DNA from: Ignavibacteriota bacterium
Lineage (GTDB): Bacteria > Bacteroidota > Ignavibacteria > Palsa-1295
Length of the DNA: 64,000 bases
NCBI GenBank assembly: GCA_963787835.1
Contig: CAWBEI010000002.1
Span: forward strand, 1,056,001 to 1,120,000
Reading direction: 5' to 3'
Below, one piece after another: positions 30,128 to 39,542 of the stretch. A program made the position numbers and the translations under genes. Position 1 is the first letter of the stretch, and each line of letters begins with the position of its first letter. Below the pieces are notes generated by a model. The model had not been told where the DNA came from, did not search any database, and saw only the letters and a program-made list of their open reading frames with translations.

Positions 30128-33100
30128 ATGTTTATTTCAGATTTTGCGATCAAGCGCCCCGTCGTTACGATAACGACGATGCTCGCGCTCGTCATATTCG
30201 GAATTTTCTCGCTTCATAGTTTACAGATCGATGAATTTCCTGACGTGGCAAGTCCGCTCGTTGTCGTTGCAGTTCCCTATCCAGGTGCATCGCCGGAGCA
30301 GGTCGAACGTGAGATCGTCGTTCGCATGGAGGAAGTATTTGGTTCCATTAGTGGAATGGATCAGATGAATTCGAAGTCCATGGATGGCTTTGCGCTCATC
30401 ACCTGCCAATTTCTTTTTTCGAAAGATCCCGATCAGGCCATGCAGGATATTCGCGATGCCATCAGCGGCATTCAGAACGACCTGCCGCCGGAAATGAAAC
30501 CGCCCATTCTGAAAAAGTACGATCCGGATGATATGCCCATCGTTTCGGTGATCTTGCGTTCGCCCGGAATGACGCCGGCCGATCTTACCTCGATGGCTGA
30601 CCCTGGCATTACCAAAGAACTTCGTTCCATTAATGGTGTCGCGCAAGTGAATGTATCCGGTGCGGTAAAGCGTGAGATTGCGGTCGATCTTCGGCCCAGC
30701 GATCTTCAAGCGAATAATGTGAGCGTTGCACAGGTCGTGCAAGCACTTGAATCCCAAAATCTTGCCACGCCTATTGGGGCATTGCAGGATAATTTGGTGG
30801 AGCAGTCTATTCGTTTGCAAGGGCGCATCGAGGAGCCGGCACAATTCAATGCTGTTCCAATAGCGATGCGAGGAGGACAGACCATTCGTTTGGGTGACAT
30901 CGCAAACGTTGCGGATACAGCGATGGAAGCACGATCACTCGCGATCTTTAATGGAGTCGAGGCGGTCGGACTTGACGTAACAAAAACAAAAGGCTCCAGC
31001 ACGGCAACCGTTTCTCAGAATGTCAAGAACGCGATCGACGATATCAAGAAAAAGTTACCTCCCGGCACCACGCTGGAAGTGATTCGCGATGCAGGTGTTC
31101 GCGTAACCAACTCCGTCGCGAACGTGGAAGAAACGCTCTTTGAAGGCGCTGGCCTTACCATCCTTGTCGTATTCCTTTTCTTAAATTCCTGGCGCTCGAC
31201 GGTTATTACCGGTCTCGCATTGCCTGTTTCCGTGCTAACGGCTTTCATCGCTGTAATGGCATGTGGATTTACGCTGAACATTATGTCGCTGATGGGGCTT
31301 TCACTCGCTATCGGAATTCTCATTGATGATGCGATTGTCGTTCGAGAAAATATCGTGCGCCATATTGAAATGGGCGAAGATCATGTAACGGCTTCGCATA
31401 CTGGTACCAACGAGATCGGTCTTGCGGTCACTGCCACAACCTTTTCGATCATGGCTGTTTTCGTTCCGGTTGCGTTCATGCCGGGTCTTGCAGGACAGTG
31501 GTTCAAACCATTTGCGCTTACAATTGCGTGTGCAGTGATGGTTTCGCTATTCGTAAGCTTTTCGCTCGACCCGATGCTTTCAGCCTATTGGCCGGATCCT
31601 CACGGAGTATCGCATAAGCGCCGGGTGTGGCTGCCCACCGTGCTTGGCATTGCTTCGTTCTCTCTCGGCTTGTTCATGTTGCTAGCTGACGTGAGCTCGA
31701 ATCTGATGGGATTCTTATTTATCGCGCTCGGATTGCTCGGCCTCATCTATCCCTGGCTCGACCAATTTAATGATTGGTTCAACGCAAAAGCAGATGGCTA
31801 TAAACGGGTCATTGCATGGGCGCTCGATCACCGGTGGTGGATGGTCACGTTGGCAACGTTTACGTTCGTCGCCGCATTATTTATTCAAGGTAAATTTGGC
31901 GGATTTGGATTCGCACCTATCAGCGACCGCTCCGAGCTGATGCTGTCTGTGGAAACGCCTCCTGGCTCCAGTCTCGAATACACGCGTGCGAAATGCGAGG
32001 AGGTCACTACGCTCATCCGCAAGCACAAGGAAGTTCCATATACTTATACAACGATCGGCAGCACGGCTACCATGCTCGGAACCTCTTCGAGTTCCGGCGA
32101 TGTGACCGAAGCAAGCGTGTATGTAAAAATGGTCCCCAAAAAAGATCGAGATATTTCCGGCGAGGATTTTGCCGCTATCCTTCGGCACGAGGTAGCAACG
32201 ATCGGTGGCGTTCACACTTATGTATTTACCAATCCGTGGGGTGCGGCGCAAAAAGAGATCCAACTTCAAATCCGTGGCACCAACGATGCCAGCATGGAGC
32301 AAGCTGCGGAGATGATCCAGAACGTTATTCGAAATACCAAAGGCGCAGTGGATGTCGCGCTTTCCACGAAAGGACAAAAACCGGAGATCGAAGTGAATCT
32401 TCGTCGTGGTCTTATCGGATCGATGGGACTTACCGCCGGACAAACAGCGCAATCGCTTATGCCTGCTTTCGCGGGACTTAAGACTGGCGATTGGGTAGAT
32501 CCAACCGGTAAAACGCGTGATGTTACAGTGCGTCTTGCTGCATCATCCAGACAAAATGCGGCTGACTTATTGCAAGTACCGATCGTGGTCTCACCCGGTG
32601 CTGGGCAAGGTGGTCAGCAACCCCCTCCTGGAGCTATTCCTCCCGTTGGTGCGGCGATGGGTGGTTCTGCCGTCGTTCCTCTTGGGCAAATTGCAGATAT
32701 TAAACAGAGCCTTGGACCGGCAGAGATTGACCATCTCGATGAGGACCGCGTTATAAATGTTGAAGCAAATACTTCCGGGCGTTCGCTTGGGGAAGTGACG
32801 AATGACATTCAAGCAGGCATCGCTAAATTATCGCTTCCGCCGGGAGTGCATATTTCTTCCGGTGCGCAGGCGAAAAATCAAGCAGAAATGTTCGGCTCCA
32901 TTTTCGCGGCGCTGGGTTTGGCCATTTTGTTGATGTATTTGATTCTTGTCGTGCAGTTTGGCTCGTTCCTCGATCCGTTGGCGATCCTCCTATCGCTTCC
33001 GCTTTCACTCATTGGCGTCGTGCTCATGCTTATTTTCACGGGCGATGCACTGAACATCATGTCCATGATCGGCGTGATGATGCTCATGGGTATTGTGGCA

Positions 33101-33469
33101 AAGAACGCTATCCTGCTTATTGATTTTGCAAAAAATCAGCATGAAGCTGGGATGCCACTTCGTGAAGCATTGATCGAAGCAGGCCGCGTTCGTTTGCGAC
33201 CCATTATGATGACGACGCTCGCGCTGGTTGCCGGGATGGTTCCGGTTGCCATCGGCTGGGGTGAAGGAGCAGATTTCCGCGCGCCTCTTGGCCGCGCCGT
33301 GATCGGCGGCGTTATCACTTCGACGATCCTTACACTCGTCGTAATACCGACGATCTACGAGATCTTTTACGAGTGGCGCGAAAAGCTTGGACGCAGGTTC
33401 CGTAAAAATCCAAAACATCAACCCTCCCATGCGCCGGAAGTACTATCGCCAGTGCAAAATGCAGCGTAA
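30128..33469 (+). CDS. RND (AcrB/AcrD/AcrF family) efflux permease
   Basis: 'ISDFAIKRPV', 'GILIDDAIVVRENI', 'GIVAKNAILLID', 'RLRPIMMT'. Confidence 0.96.
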   Translation: MFISDFAIKRPVVTITTMLALVIFGIFSLHSLQIDEFPDVASPLVVVAVPYPGASPEQVEREIVVRMEEVFGSISGMDQMNSKSMDGFALITCQFLFSKDPDQAMQDIRDAISGIQNDLPPEMKPPILKKYDPDDMPIVSVILRSPGMTPADLTSMADPGITKELRSINGVAQVNVSGAVKREIAVDLRPSDLQANNVSVAQVVQALESQNLATPIGALQDNLVEQSIRLQGRIEEPAQFNAVPIAMRGGQTIRLGDIANVADTAMEARSLAIFNGVEAVGLDVTKTKGSSTATVSQNVKNAIDDIKKKLPPGTTLEVIRDAGVRVTNSVANVEETLFEGAGLTILVVFLFLNSWRSTVITGLALPVSVLTAFIAVMACGFTLNIMSLMGLSLAIGILIDDAIVVRENIVRHIEMGEDHVTASHTGTNEIGLAVTATTFSIMAVFVPVAFMPGLAGQWFKPFALTIACAVMVSLFVSFSLDPMLSAYWPDPHGVSHKRRVWLPTVLGIASFSLGLFMLLADVSSNLMGFLFIALGLLGLIYPWLDQFNDWFNAKADGYKRVIAWALDHRWWMVTLATFTFVAALFIQGKFGGFGFAPISDRSELMLSVETPPGSSLEYTRAKCEEVTTLIRKHKEVPYTYTTIGSTATMLGTSSSSGDVTEASVYVKMVPKKDRDISGEDFAAILRHEVATIGGVHTYVFTNPWGAAQKEIQLQIRGTNDASMEQAAEMIQNVIRNTKGAVDVALSTKGQKPEIEVNLRRGLIGSMGLTAGQTAQSLMPAFAGLKTGDWVDPTGKTRDVTVRLAASSRQNAADLLQVPIVVSPGAGQGGQQPPPGAIPPVGAAMGGSAVVPLGQIADIKQSLGPAEIDHLDEDRVINVEANTSGRSLGEVTNDIQAGIAKLSLPPGVHISSGAQAKNQAEMFGSIFAALGLAILLMYLILVVQFGSFLDPLAILLSLPLSLIGVVLMLIFTGDALNIMSMIGVMMLMGIVAKNAILLIDFAKNQHEAGMPLREALIEAGRVRLRPIMMTTLALVAGMVPVAIGWGEGADFRAPLGRAVIGGVITSTILTLVVIPTIYEIFYEWREKLGRRFRKNPKHQPSHAPEVLSPVQNAA

Positions 33470-33658
33470 TTAATTAAGTTGTTTCATTGATTCTGTCGCA
33501 TCGCTAACAGATTCATACCCGCTACAAATCACCACTGGCAGCTTCGGATATTTCGGGAATTGTGGCTCGTCTTTCGATCGTAGGCAGAATATGAATTCGC
33601 TGTCGTGCGATGAGGTAATTCGTTTCACGTGAGCGCAATCATCACAGAGACCATTCAT
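33470..33658 (-). CDS. Small Cys-rich conserved hypothetical protein
   Basis: 'GLCDDC.H...FC.RS..PQFPKYPKLPVVICSGY' with four Cys; 5 nt downstream of gmhA. Confidence 0.65.
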   Translation of the reverse strand: MNGLCDDCAHVKRITSSHDSEFIFCLRSKDEPQFPKYPKLPVVICSGYESVSDATESMKQLN

Positions 33659-33663
33659 CCCAT

Positions 33664-34236
33664 TTAGACTTTTTCTGCGTAGAGCCTTTTTTGCAATTCA
33701 ATTGCGACGTAGTGGAAAATTACCGAGTGAACGCTCTCGGATGTACACATATCGTTGAGTGGAACATGCACGGTCGATGCTGCAATTTGCTTAAGCTTTC
33801 CACCTCCAAAGCCTGTCACGCCGACGGTATGTAAACCATTGGCATTCGCCCATTCGATAGCGCCAATTACATTCGGGCTATTCCCGGAACCTGAAATAGC
33901 AATCACAATATCGCCGGGACGAGCGTAGGTTCGTAATTGTTGTTCGAAGATGGAAGCATAGCCTTCATCGTTACCATAAGCGGTCATGAGGGCAACGTTA
34001 TCGGTGAGTGACAAGGCTCGCATCCGTTTAGTTTGATCCATTGAACGGAGGGTACCTTTGGCGAGATCATTTGCAAAATGTGATGCATTCGCTGCGCTAC
34101 CACCATTGCCGATCACAAAAACCGTGCGGTCATTTTCGTATGCATCGACGAGCAGATCAACGAACTCCTGCACTTCCGCATGATTTAGCGAATTGAGCGA
34201 ATTATTAAAATAGGAGATATATTCTTCGAAGGTCAT
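33664..34236 (-). CDS. gmhA: SIS-domain phosphoheptose isomerase
   Basis: 'GNGGSAANASH', 'TAYGND.GY..IFEQQ', 'ISGSGNSPNV', 'TGFGGG'. Confidence 0.88.
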   Translation of the reverse strand: MTFEEYISYFNNSLNSLNHAEVQEFVDLLVDAYENDRTVFVIGNGGSAANASHFANDLAKGTLRSMDQTKRMRALSLTDNVALMTAYGNDEGYASIFEQQLRTYARPGDIVIAISGSGNSPNVIGAIEWANANGLHTVGVTGFGGGKLKQIAASTVHVPLNDMCTSESVHSVIFHYVAIELQKRLYAEKV

Positions 34237-34257
34237 TTTTTGAATAAAGTTGAAAGC

Positions 34258-34273
34258 GCATCGCCGACGATGC
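34258..34273. repeat. 16-bp hairpin GCATCGCCGACGATGC
   Basis: Intergenic, between phosphatase and gmhA; followed by degenerate TTCATCT heptamers (34289-34322). Confidence 0.7.
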
Positions 34274-34320
34274 TTAAAACATTATCCCTTCATCTTTCAT
34301 CTTTTATATTTCATCGTTTT

Positions 34321-34959
34321 TCAAGTCCCTGGCAGGTTTCTGAGATATTCACTCAGATGTGAACGGCCTCCAATTTTTTCGATGAGCGGGCCTTGTTCGC
34401 CAAATCGTACCACGCTCACCGAACCGACGGGGCAAGCAAGCCGATAACGGAATCGGCCCACGTCAATGCCAATAAGGGAACACAGCGCAATGCGTATCGT
34501 TGCTTTATGCGAGACGATCAGCAGTTTTCCATCATCGAATTCCTCGCGAATTTTCGCGATCACTGCCAAAGCTCGATTGGAAACAGAGATAGCGGATTCC
34601 CCATCCGTTGGAGGATACCACGCAGGGTCAGCGATCCAACTGATATGCTCGTCATGGTAAAGCTTATCGACTTCTTCGACCGTTTTTCCTTCCCATTTTC
34701 CATATCCGATCTCGGTCAATCCCTCATGCGTTCGATGCCGCATTCCGAGTGGCTTCGCGATGATCTCCGCTGTCATCCGTGTTCGTTCCAGGGGACTGGT
34801 ATAAATTGCATTCCAGCGCGTATCTTTGTAAAATGCAGCGAAGGCTCTTGCCATCTCTTCCCCTTCCGCCGTAAGCGGAATGTCAGAGCCCGAACCGCAA
34901 AACTTATTTTCGCGACTGGAATCGGTCTGCCCATGCCGAAGGAAGTATAGCTCGAGCAT
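34321..34959 (-). CDS. Histidine phosphatase (phosphoglycerate mutase-like)
   Basis: 'LRHGQT', 'SPL.RT..TA', 'E..YG.WEG', 'GES', 'VSH'. Confidence 0.92.
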   Translation of the reverse strand: MLELYFLRHGQTDSSRENKFCGSGSDIPLTAEGEEMARAFAAFYKDTRWNAIYTSPLERTRMTAEIIAKPLGMRHRTHEGLTEIGYGKWEGKTVEEVDKLYHDEHISWIADPAWYPPTDGESAISVSNRALAVIAKIREEFDDGKLLIVSHKATIRIALCSLIGIDVGRFRYRLACPVGSVSVVRFGEQGPLIEKIGGRSHLSEYLRNLPGT

Positions 34960-34975
34960 TTACTCCTGTGATCTA

Positions 34976-35965
34976 TTACCAGCGATAGCGCCGCTGATTA
35001 AAAATGATCGTTGCGCCAAAATTATCGAGCATCACCGGCATTTGCCGGTAGTCCGAAAGTGCTTCTCGCACGTTTGACTGATGCTCCGGCCGAACATAAA
35101 GCAACAGGAACCCTCCGCCACCGGCTCCCGCAACTTTTCCGCCCATCGCTCCTGCGGCTTGTGCTCGCTGATACATATCGTCGATGCGGGATGTAGTGAT
35201 GCCAGAAGCAAGCTTCTTTTTCAGCGTCCAATTCTCATCTAAAACTTCCCCGATCTCATCGAATCGCCTCGCTCGTATTGCCTCTTCGATCCGTTTGCCG
35301 AGTGCATGGATCGCTTGCAAATGAGCCCGATTCGATGATGTTTTGTCCCGCTGTTCTCTCAGGATGGTCGATGCCTGTCTGGTGATATTCGTAAAAAACA
35401 GCATGAACCTGCCGCCAAGATTGTGCCGCTCTTGCTCGGAGAGTCCCAATTGCTCCGTCGTGACGCGCTCCGAGCCGTGGAACGTTATTGCCGATAGCCC
35501 TCCGTGAGCCGCAATATACTGATCCTGTTTGCCGATCGGTTTCTTTAGGATCTCGATCTCGATCGCGCAGGCTTCTTCAGCAAGCCGGTCGTGAGTAACT
35601 TGCTCGCCGATGAACGTGTACATCGCATTCAACAACCCTACAGTAAGGCTGCTGGAGGAACCTAATCCGGAACCCTCCGATGGAATATCGGCAAAGGTTG
35701 CAAGCTCAAAACCATTGCGAAGTCCCGCCATGATGCCGGCCTCGCGCACCAGCTCGTGTTGGATCTCCGAAATATCATCGACGATCTCCTTGCGAGCTGC
35801 GTAATTCAGATAGATCTTCGAATCGAACCGCTCCTTGATAAGCACATAGACGTACTTATCAATGGCGGTGGAAACGACAAAGCCATCGGAATCTTTGTAA
35901 TATTCGCGTAAGTCGGTTCCTCCTCCGGCAAGACTGATTCGTAACGGTGTCTGACTAATGAGCAT
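34976..35965 (-). CDS. hddA: GHMP kinase, D-glycero-D-manno-heptose-7-phosphate kinase-like
   Basis: 'PLRISLAGGGTD', 'GSGLGSSS', 'PIGKQDQY', 'GGKVAGAGGGGF'; clustered with gmhA. Confidence 0.8.
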   Translation of the reverse strand: MLISQTPLRISLAGGGTDLREYYKDSDGFVVSTAIDKYVYVLIKERFDSKIYLNYAARKEIVDDISEIQHELVREAGIMAGLRNGFELATFADIPSEGSGLGSSSSLTVGLLNAMYTFIGEQVTHDRLAEEACAIEIEILKKPIGKQDQYIAAHGGLSAITFHGSERVTTEQLGLSEQERHNLGGRFMLFFTNITRQASTILREQRDKTSSNRAHLQAIHALGKRIEEAIRARRFDEIGEVLDENWTLKKKLASGITTSRIDDMYQRAQAAGAMGGKVAGAGGGGFLLLYVRPEHQSNVREALSDYRQMPVMLDNFGATIIFNQRRYRW

Positions 35966-36084
35966 CTTTGTAGTCGTGACCTTCAGGTCACGGCGAAATC
36001 TCTATTCTATCTAAAACATTTTCTTCACTTCGCGACCGTGACCAAAAGGTCACGGCAACAAGGCTTGGATTCTTCATACTTCCT

Positions 36085-36519
36085 TTAGCCAGAACTCCTC
36101 TCCAGTTCTGTTCTAATTCTTTCCGCAATATCTTCCATTTCCTGATCCGGTATTTCCCGAAGGATCTTCGGATCGGGAAGCTCGCCATGGCCATCGTCTT
36201 CGAAACGTGGCACGAGATGGATATGCGCGTGCGGCACGCTGATGCCGCCCGTATCGGCGATGACCCACTCCGTATCGAACACCACTTGCAGCGCCTTGGC
36301 GATCCGCTGCGCCCGCGCCATGAGGAAACCCAGATCGGATCGATCCATATCCCACACCCAGCGGCGATGATTTTTCGGCATCACCTGCGTATGGCCCGGA
36401 TTCAGAGGATACCGGTCCAGGAAACCCAGAAATTCCGGATCCTCATAGACGATCTGGTGAGGATTCGTACCCCGTATAATATCGCAGAATACGCAATCGG
36501 CTGACAAAGTTGGCGGCAT
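36085..36519 (-). CDS. HIT-family nucleotide hydrolase
   Basis: 'CVFC', 'FLD.YP..PGHT', 'VPHAHIHLVPR'. Confidence 0.92.
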   Translation of the reverse strand: MPPTLSADCVFCDIIRGTNPHQIVYEDPEFLGFLDRYPLNPGHTQVMPKNHRRWVWDMDRSDLGFLMARAQRIAKALQVVFDTEWVIADTGGISVPHAHIHLVPRFEDDGHGELPDPKILREIPDQEMEDIAERIRTELERSSG

Positions 36520-36583
36520 AGTGGCATTCTTAACAGCACCGCGCTGCAATTCCTTCCAGCTTCCTACCCATCACACTCCCCAT

Positions 36584-36849
36584 TTCATCCTTCATCCTTC
36601 ATCCTTTCCCCAAGACATAGGTGCCCATTAAACACAATTGAATTGTCATTTAATGAACTATATTTCACTTTCCATCAACTATTCATTAATTTCTTCAGGA
36701 AAATTAATGTCATCTCGATTTTCAATGAACTGCACTTTCCCCCCATTTCATACTTCATAATTCAAACTTCATACCTTCCTGAAACAGGTGCCTATCATCT
36801 CACCACCTAATATACGACACTTTTCCGAGACGCCACGAAATTCGAAATT
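36584..36849 (-). repeat. Copy 2 (inverted) of the modular promoter-bearing non-coding element, interleaved with TTCATCC/TTCATAC heptamers
   Basis: Reverse complement contains TGTCGTATATTAG, GGCACCTGTTTC, AGTTCATTGAAAATCGAG and a 25-bp exact match AGTTCATTAAATGACAATTCAATTG to 9435-9459. Confidence 0.8.
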
Positions 36850-36914
36850 TTCTTCCTCGCGTAGGTCGGTGCTTCCAGCCCGCCCCAAGTGGCGGAGCTA
36901 CGGAGTACTCGCCG

Positions 36915-36961
36915 CCCAGGGTGTTGCAAGCATCGCCCACGATGCGAAGCGGAACCCTGGG
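36915..36961. repeat. REP-like palindrome CCCAGGGT...ACCCTGGG carrying the GCATCGCCCACGATGC hairpin at its tip
   Basis: 8-bp outer IR at 36915-36922 and 36954-36961; inner hairpin 36930-36945. Confidence 0.7.
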
Positions 36962-37034
36962 AATGCAAGGTGGCACATTTAATGAACGTTCTCTCATCAT
37001 CGTTGCAATATGTAGCATTAAGGGGACAATCAAT

Positions 37035-37589
37035 ATGAAGACGATCATACTCACCATTCTACTTGGAACTCCCATCGTCACATTCGCGCAAAAGCCAGCC
37101 ACTCATGTGGTAAAAGCTCCCCGCGCCGGAGATACAATTTGGCCTGGTTCGCCAGAGTGGATACATGCGGGTTCCCCTCGTAATGCGTCAACAGGAGACT
37201 CGGTCTTACTCTTATGCGGTACCGATGGCAAACTGCATCCTCTTGGATATGCGATCGAGGATTCAGGTGGTATGTGGGTAGCCAACACGCCGAAGAACAG
37301 CGAAATGGTAGCGGAGCATAAGGAAATGGTGCGGCTGATAGCGGCCGTACGAAAAATCATACAAGATATGCCTGATAAGAAAATTCCTAGACCTGCTGAG
37401 ATTCAGATTGTAACGGCCAATGCTCCCGATACGGGTTACGACCCCTACAACGTAGTGATGCAATGGGCGGATTCGATTGCAAAGGTTTACGATGATCCGG
37501 ATTTTTATCAATGGGTGAAAAACCATTATCGAACGCAACAACAGGGATTAGATGCATCGCAATTCGATGATCCTCGTGGCAATTCATAG
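37035..37589 (+). CDS. Secreted hypothetical protein
   Basis: AGGGGA SD then MKTIILTILLGTPIVTFAQ signal peptide; the longer ORF-track start lies inside the palindrome. Confidence 0.65.
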   Translation: MKTIILTILLGTPIVTFAQKPATHVVKAPRAGDTIWPGSPEWIHAGSPRNASTGDSVLLLCGTDGKLHPLGYAIEDSGGMWVANTPKNSEMVAEHKEMVRLIAAVRKIIQDMPDKKIPRPAEIQIVTANAPDTGYDPYNVVMQWADSIAKVYDDPDFYQWVKNHYRTQQQGLDASQFDDPRGNS

Positions 37590-37629
37590 GCTCTAATAAT
37601 TTTACGCATAACAATAAGGAGACACCACA

Positions 37630-37815
37630 ATGAAAAAGCAACTTGCATTGCTCATCTGTCTGGTGCTCACGGCTTCGTGCGCACCGACGCTCAATCCACA
37701 TACGGCGGCGTTAATGGCCGCAGACTATCGCGTGACCGGGCCGAAGTGTCCGCCCATCACGGATTCGATCCGGCGGGCGAATATGAGGGCGTTCTTCGGC
37801 GACACTACCAAATAA
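37630..37815 (+). CDS. Small hypothetical lipoprotein
   Basis: AAGGAG SD; MKKQLALLICLVLTASC lipobox. Confidence 0.65.
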   Translation: MKKQLALLICLVLTASCAPTLNPHTAALMAADYRVTGPKCPPITDSIRRANMRAFFGDTTK

Positions 37816-37833
37816 TAATAAGGAGAAACCACA

Positions 37834-38073
37834 ATGAAAAAGCTACTTGCAATAATTAGCTTAATTCTCGTGCTAACTGCTGACGGGGCGTTCGCGCAAG
37901 TTCACGTTCGCGGACATTACAATCACAGGACGGGTACTTACGTTATGCCGCACTACCGCACTGCGCCCGATCACACGCGTCTCAACAATTGGAGCACGAG
38001 AGGGAATTACAATCCGTTTACGGGAAAGCGGGGTAGCGCCGATCCACTTCTAAAGTTCCTAAGACGGAAATAA
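37834..38073 (+). CDS. Small secreted protein with 'GTYV.PHYR..P......NWST.GN.NP.TG..G' motif
   Basis: AAGGAG SD, signal peptide, and a motif I recognise from many uncharacterised accessory proteins. Confidence 0.8.
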   Translation: MKKLLAIISLILVLTADGAFAQVHVRGHYNHRTGTYVMPHYRTAPDHTRLNNWSTRGNYNPFTGKRGSADPLLKFLRRK

Positions 38074-38124
38074 AGTTTTGACTTAGGCACGTAACTTATG
38101 TAAAATTTATTTTAAATAACCATT

Positions 38125-38673
38125 ATGCTACTTTTAATTGCATTCGCGTTTGCTATCGTCCATGTTGCGCTAAAGCCTCTGGCTGATGGCCTATACGATA
38201 CAAGCATGTGGTTAGCCAAGATTATCGGTCCTCCCAGAACTGACGACCCCAAAGTTGATCGACTAAACTTAAAAATCGGTCAAGCCGCTCTTATGGACGG
38301 CTGGTTAAGCAATATCCCTTTTGTAGAGTCAATTCTTCTGCCGGTGGCCACAATTGTAGGATTCATCTATGCTTGGTGGGCCGGACCGGCGGTATTCATA
38401 TTCGACATATTCTTGGGGGTTCTTGCTAATCTTGTTTACGGACGCTCTTGCTCTCACTATCTTTACCTCATCCACATGAAGATGTGCAATAGGGTTGCCG
38501 ATTATCTTGCGAAGGCGGATGAAACCCGCTCTGAAGCAGCTCAATCAATGCTAATAGACATTGAAAAAGTAATGAGCGTATACCATGAATCTCGCCTCAG
38601 ACCTCCAAATTCAAATCAATTGAGGGCAATTGAGTTTGGGGATATCTATGGCTGGCTATTAAAGAATAAATGA
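38125..38673 (+). CDS. Hypothetical membrane protein
   Basis: 182-aa ORF with about three hydrophobic segments; AT-rich. Confidence 0.65.
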   Translation: MLLLIAFAFAIVHVALKPLADGLYDTSMWLAKIIGPPRTDDPKVDRLNLKIGQAALMDGWLSNIPFVESILLPVATIVGFIYAWWAGPAVFIFDIFLGVLANLVYGRSCSHYLYLIHMKMCNRVADYLAKADETRSEAAQSMLIDIEKVMSVYHESRLRPPNSNQLRAIEFGDIYGWLLKNK

Positions 38674-38725
38674 CATCCGTCATTTTTTAAAACGGTGCAA
38701 GTGACGTGTTTGAACACAAACGAAC

Positions 38726-39109
38726 TTACGCGAAGATTTCCTTCCCGCGTCTATAACCTTCGATAATTCCGTGCGCTTTTGCTAACAATCGATCAGAATC
38801 AGCATTAGTTTCAGGCTTCCATAGAGTTGGTACGTTGATGCCATCTCTGGCAAGTAATAGTCCAATCATAAAACCTTCGGATCGAAGCGCTTCTGAATCC
38901 GCAAAACGTATTCGAACCTCTACAGATTTTTTCGATTTTTCATGCACTCGATTGAGCATACCCTTTAGTGCTTTTTCTTTTTCCTTGTTCGCGAATCTGA
39001 TTCTGCTGGCCGCAACGTAGGACCATGTGATCTGTTCAGAGGCTGTCAATACAAAATTATTTAACTTTAACATTGAGGTAGATATCGCTTGTAAAAGTAC
39101 TTGTTTCAA
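38726..39109 (-). CDS. Hypothetical protein (start uncertain)
   Basis: 127-aa ORF with TTG start, co-oriented with the antitoxin-like ORF. Confidence 0.45.
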   Translation of the reverse strand: MKQVLLQAISTSMLKLNNFVLTASEQITWSYVAASRIRFANKEKEKALKGMLNRVHEKSKKSVEVRIRFADSEALRSEGFMIGLLLARDGINVPTLWKPETNADSDRLLAKAHGIIEGYRRGKEIFA

Positions 39110-39194
39110 CAGACATTGGTAATCTTTGCGTTCCTCTCTTGCTCATCCTCATGAGCACCTACTTAAGCACCACCACGCACTGTCGGTGGGCACT

Positions 39195-39542
39195 TTATGC
39201 TGCAACCCTTCGCGTTCGTTTTGCGGGCGCGCGGCGTGGTTTTGGGGCTGCGGGAGTTTTAACCGTTCGGGGGGCTTTGCTCCAGTAAATGGGAAGATGC
39301 GCGGCAGCGAGAGATTCGTTGACGCGATCGACAACGTTCCCATCAATACGCGAAAAATCGGTTCCGGCGCGGATCAGCGCGTGAATGCGATCGACAATCA
39401 TTTCGGGTCCATCGGGAATGGCAAGCTTGAGATAGCCGGTAGCAACTTCGGGATTGCGAAGTTCTTCATCCAATACGTTGTCTAACGTGCGGTATTCGTT
39501 TTTCGGATCTTGTATTCGTTCCATTTGCTCAATTGGCTCCAT
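39195..39542 (-). CDS. Protein with addiction-module-antidote-like N-terminus and basic Pro/Ala tail
   Basis: 'LDEELRNPEVATGYLKLAI.DG.E......ALIRA' resembles antidote N-termini; no recognisable HTH follows. Confidence 0.55.
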   Translation of the reverse strand: MEPIEQMERIQDPKNEYRTLDNVLDEELRNPEVATGYLKLAIPDGPEMIVDRIHALIRAGTDFSRIDGNVVDRVNESLAAAHLPIYWSKAPRTVKTPAAPKPRRAPAKRTRRVAA

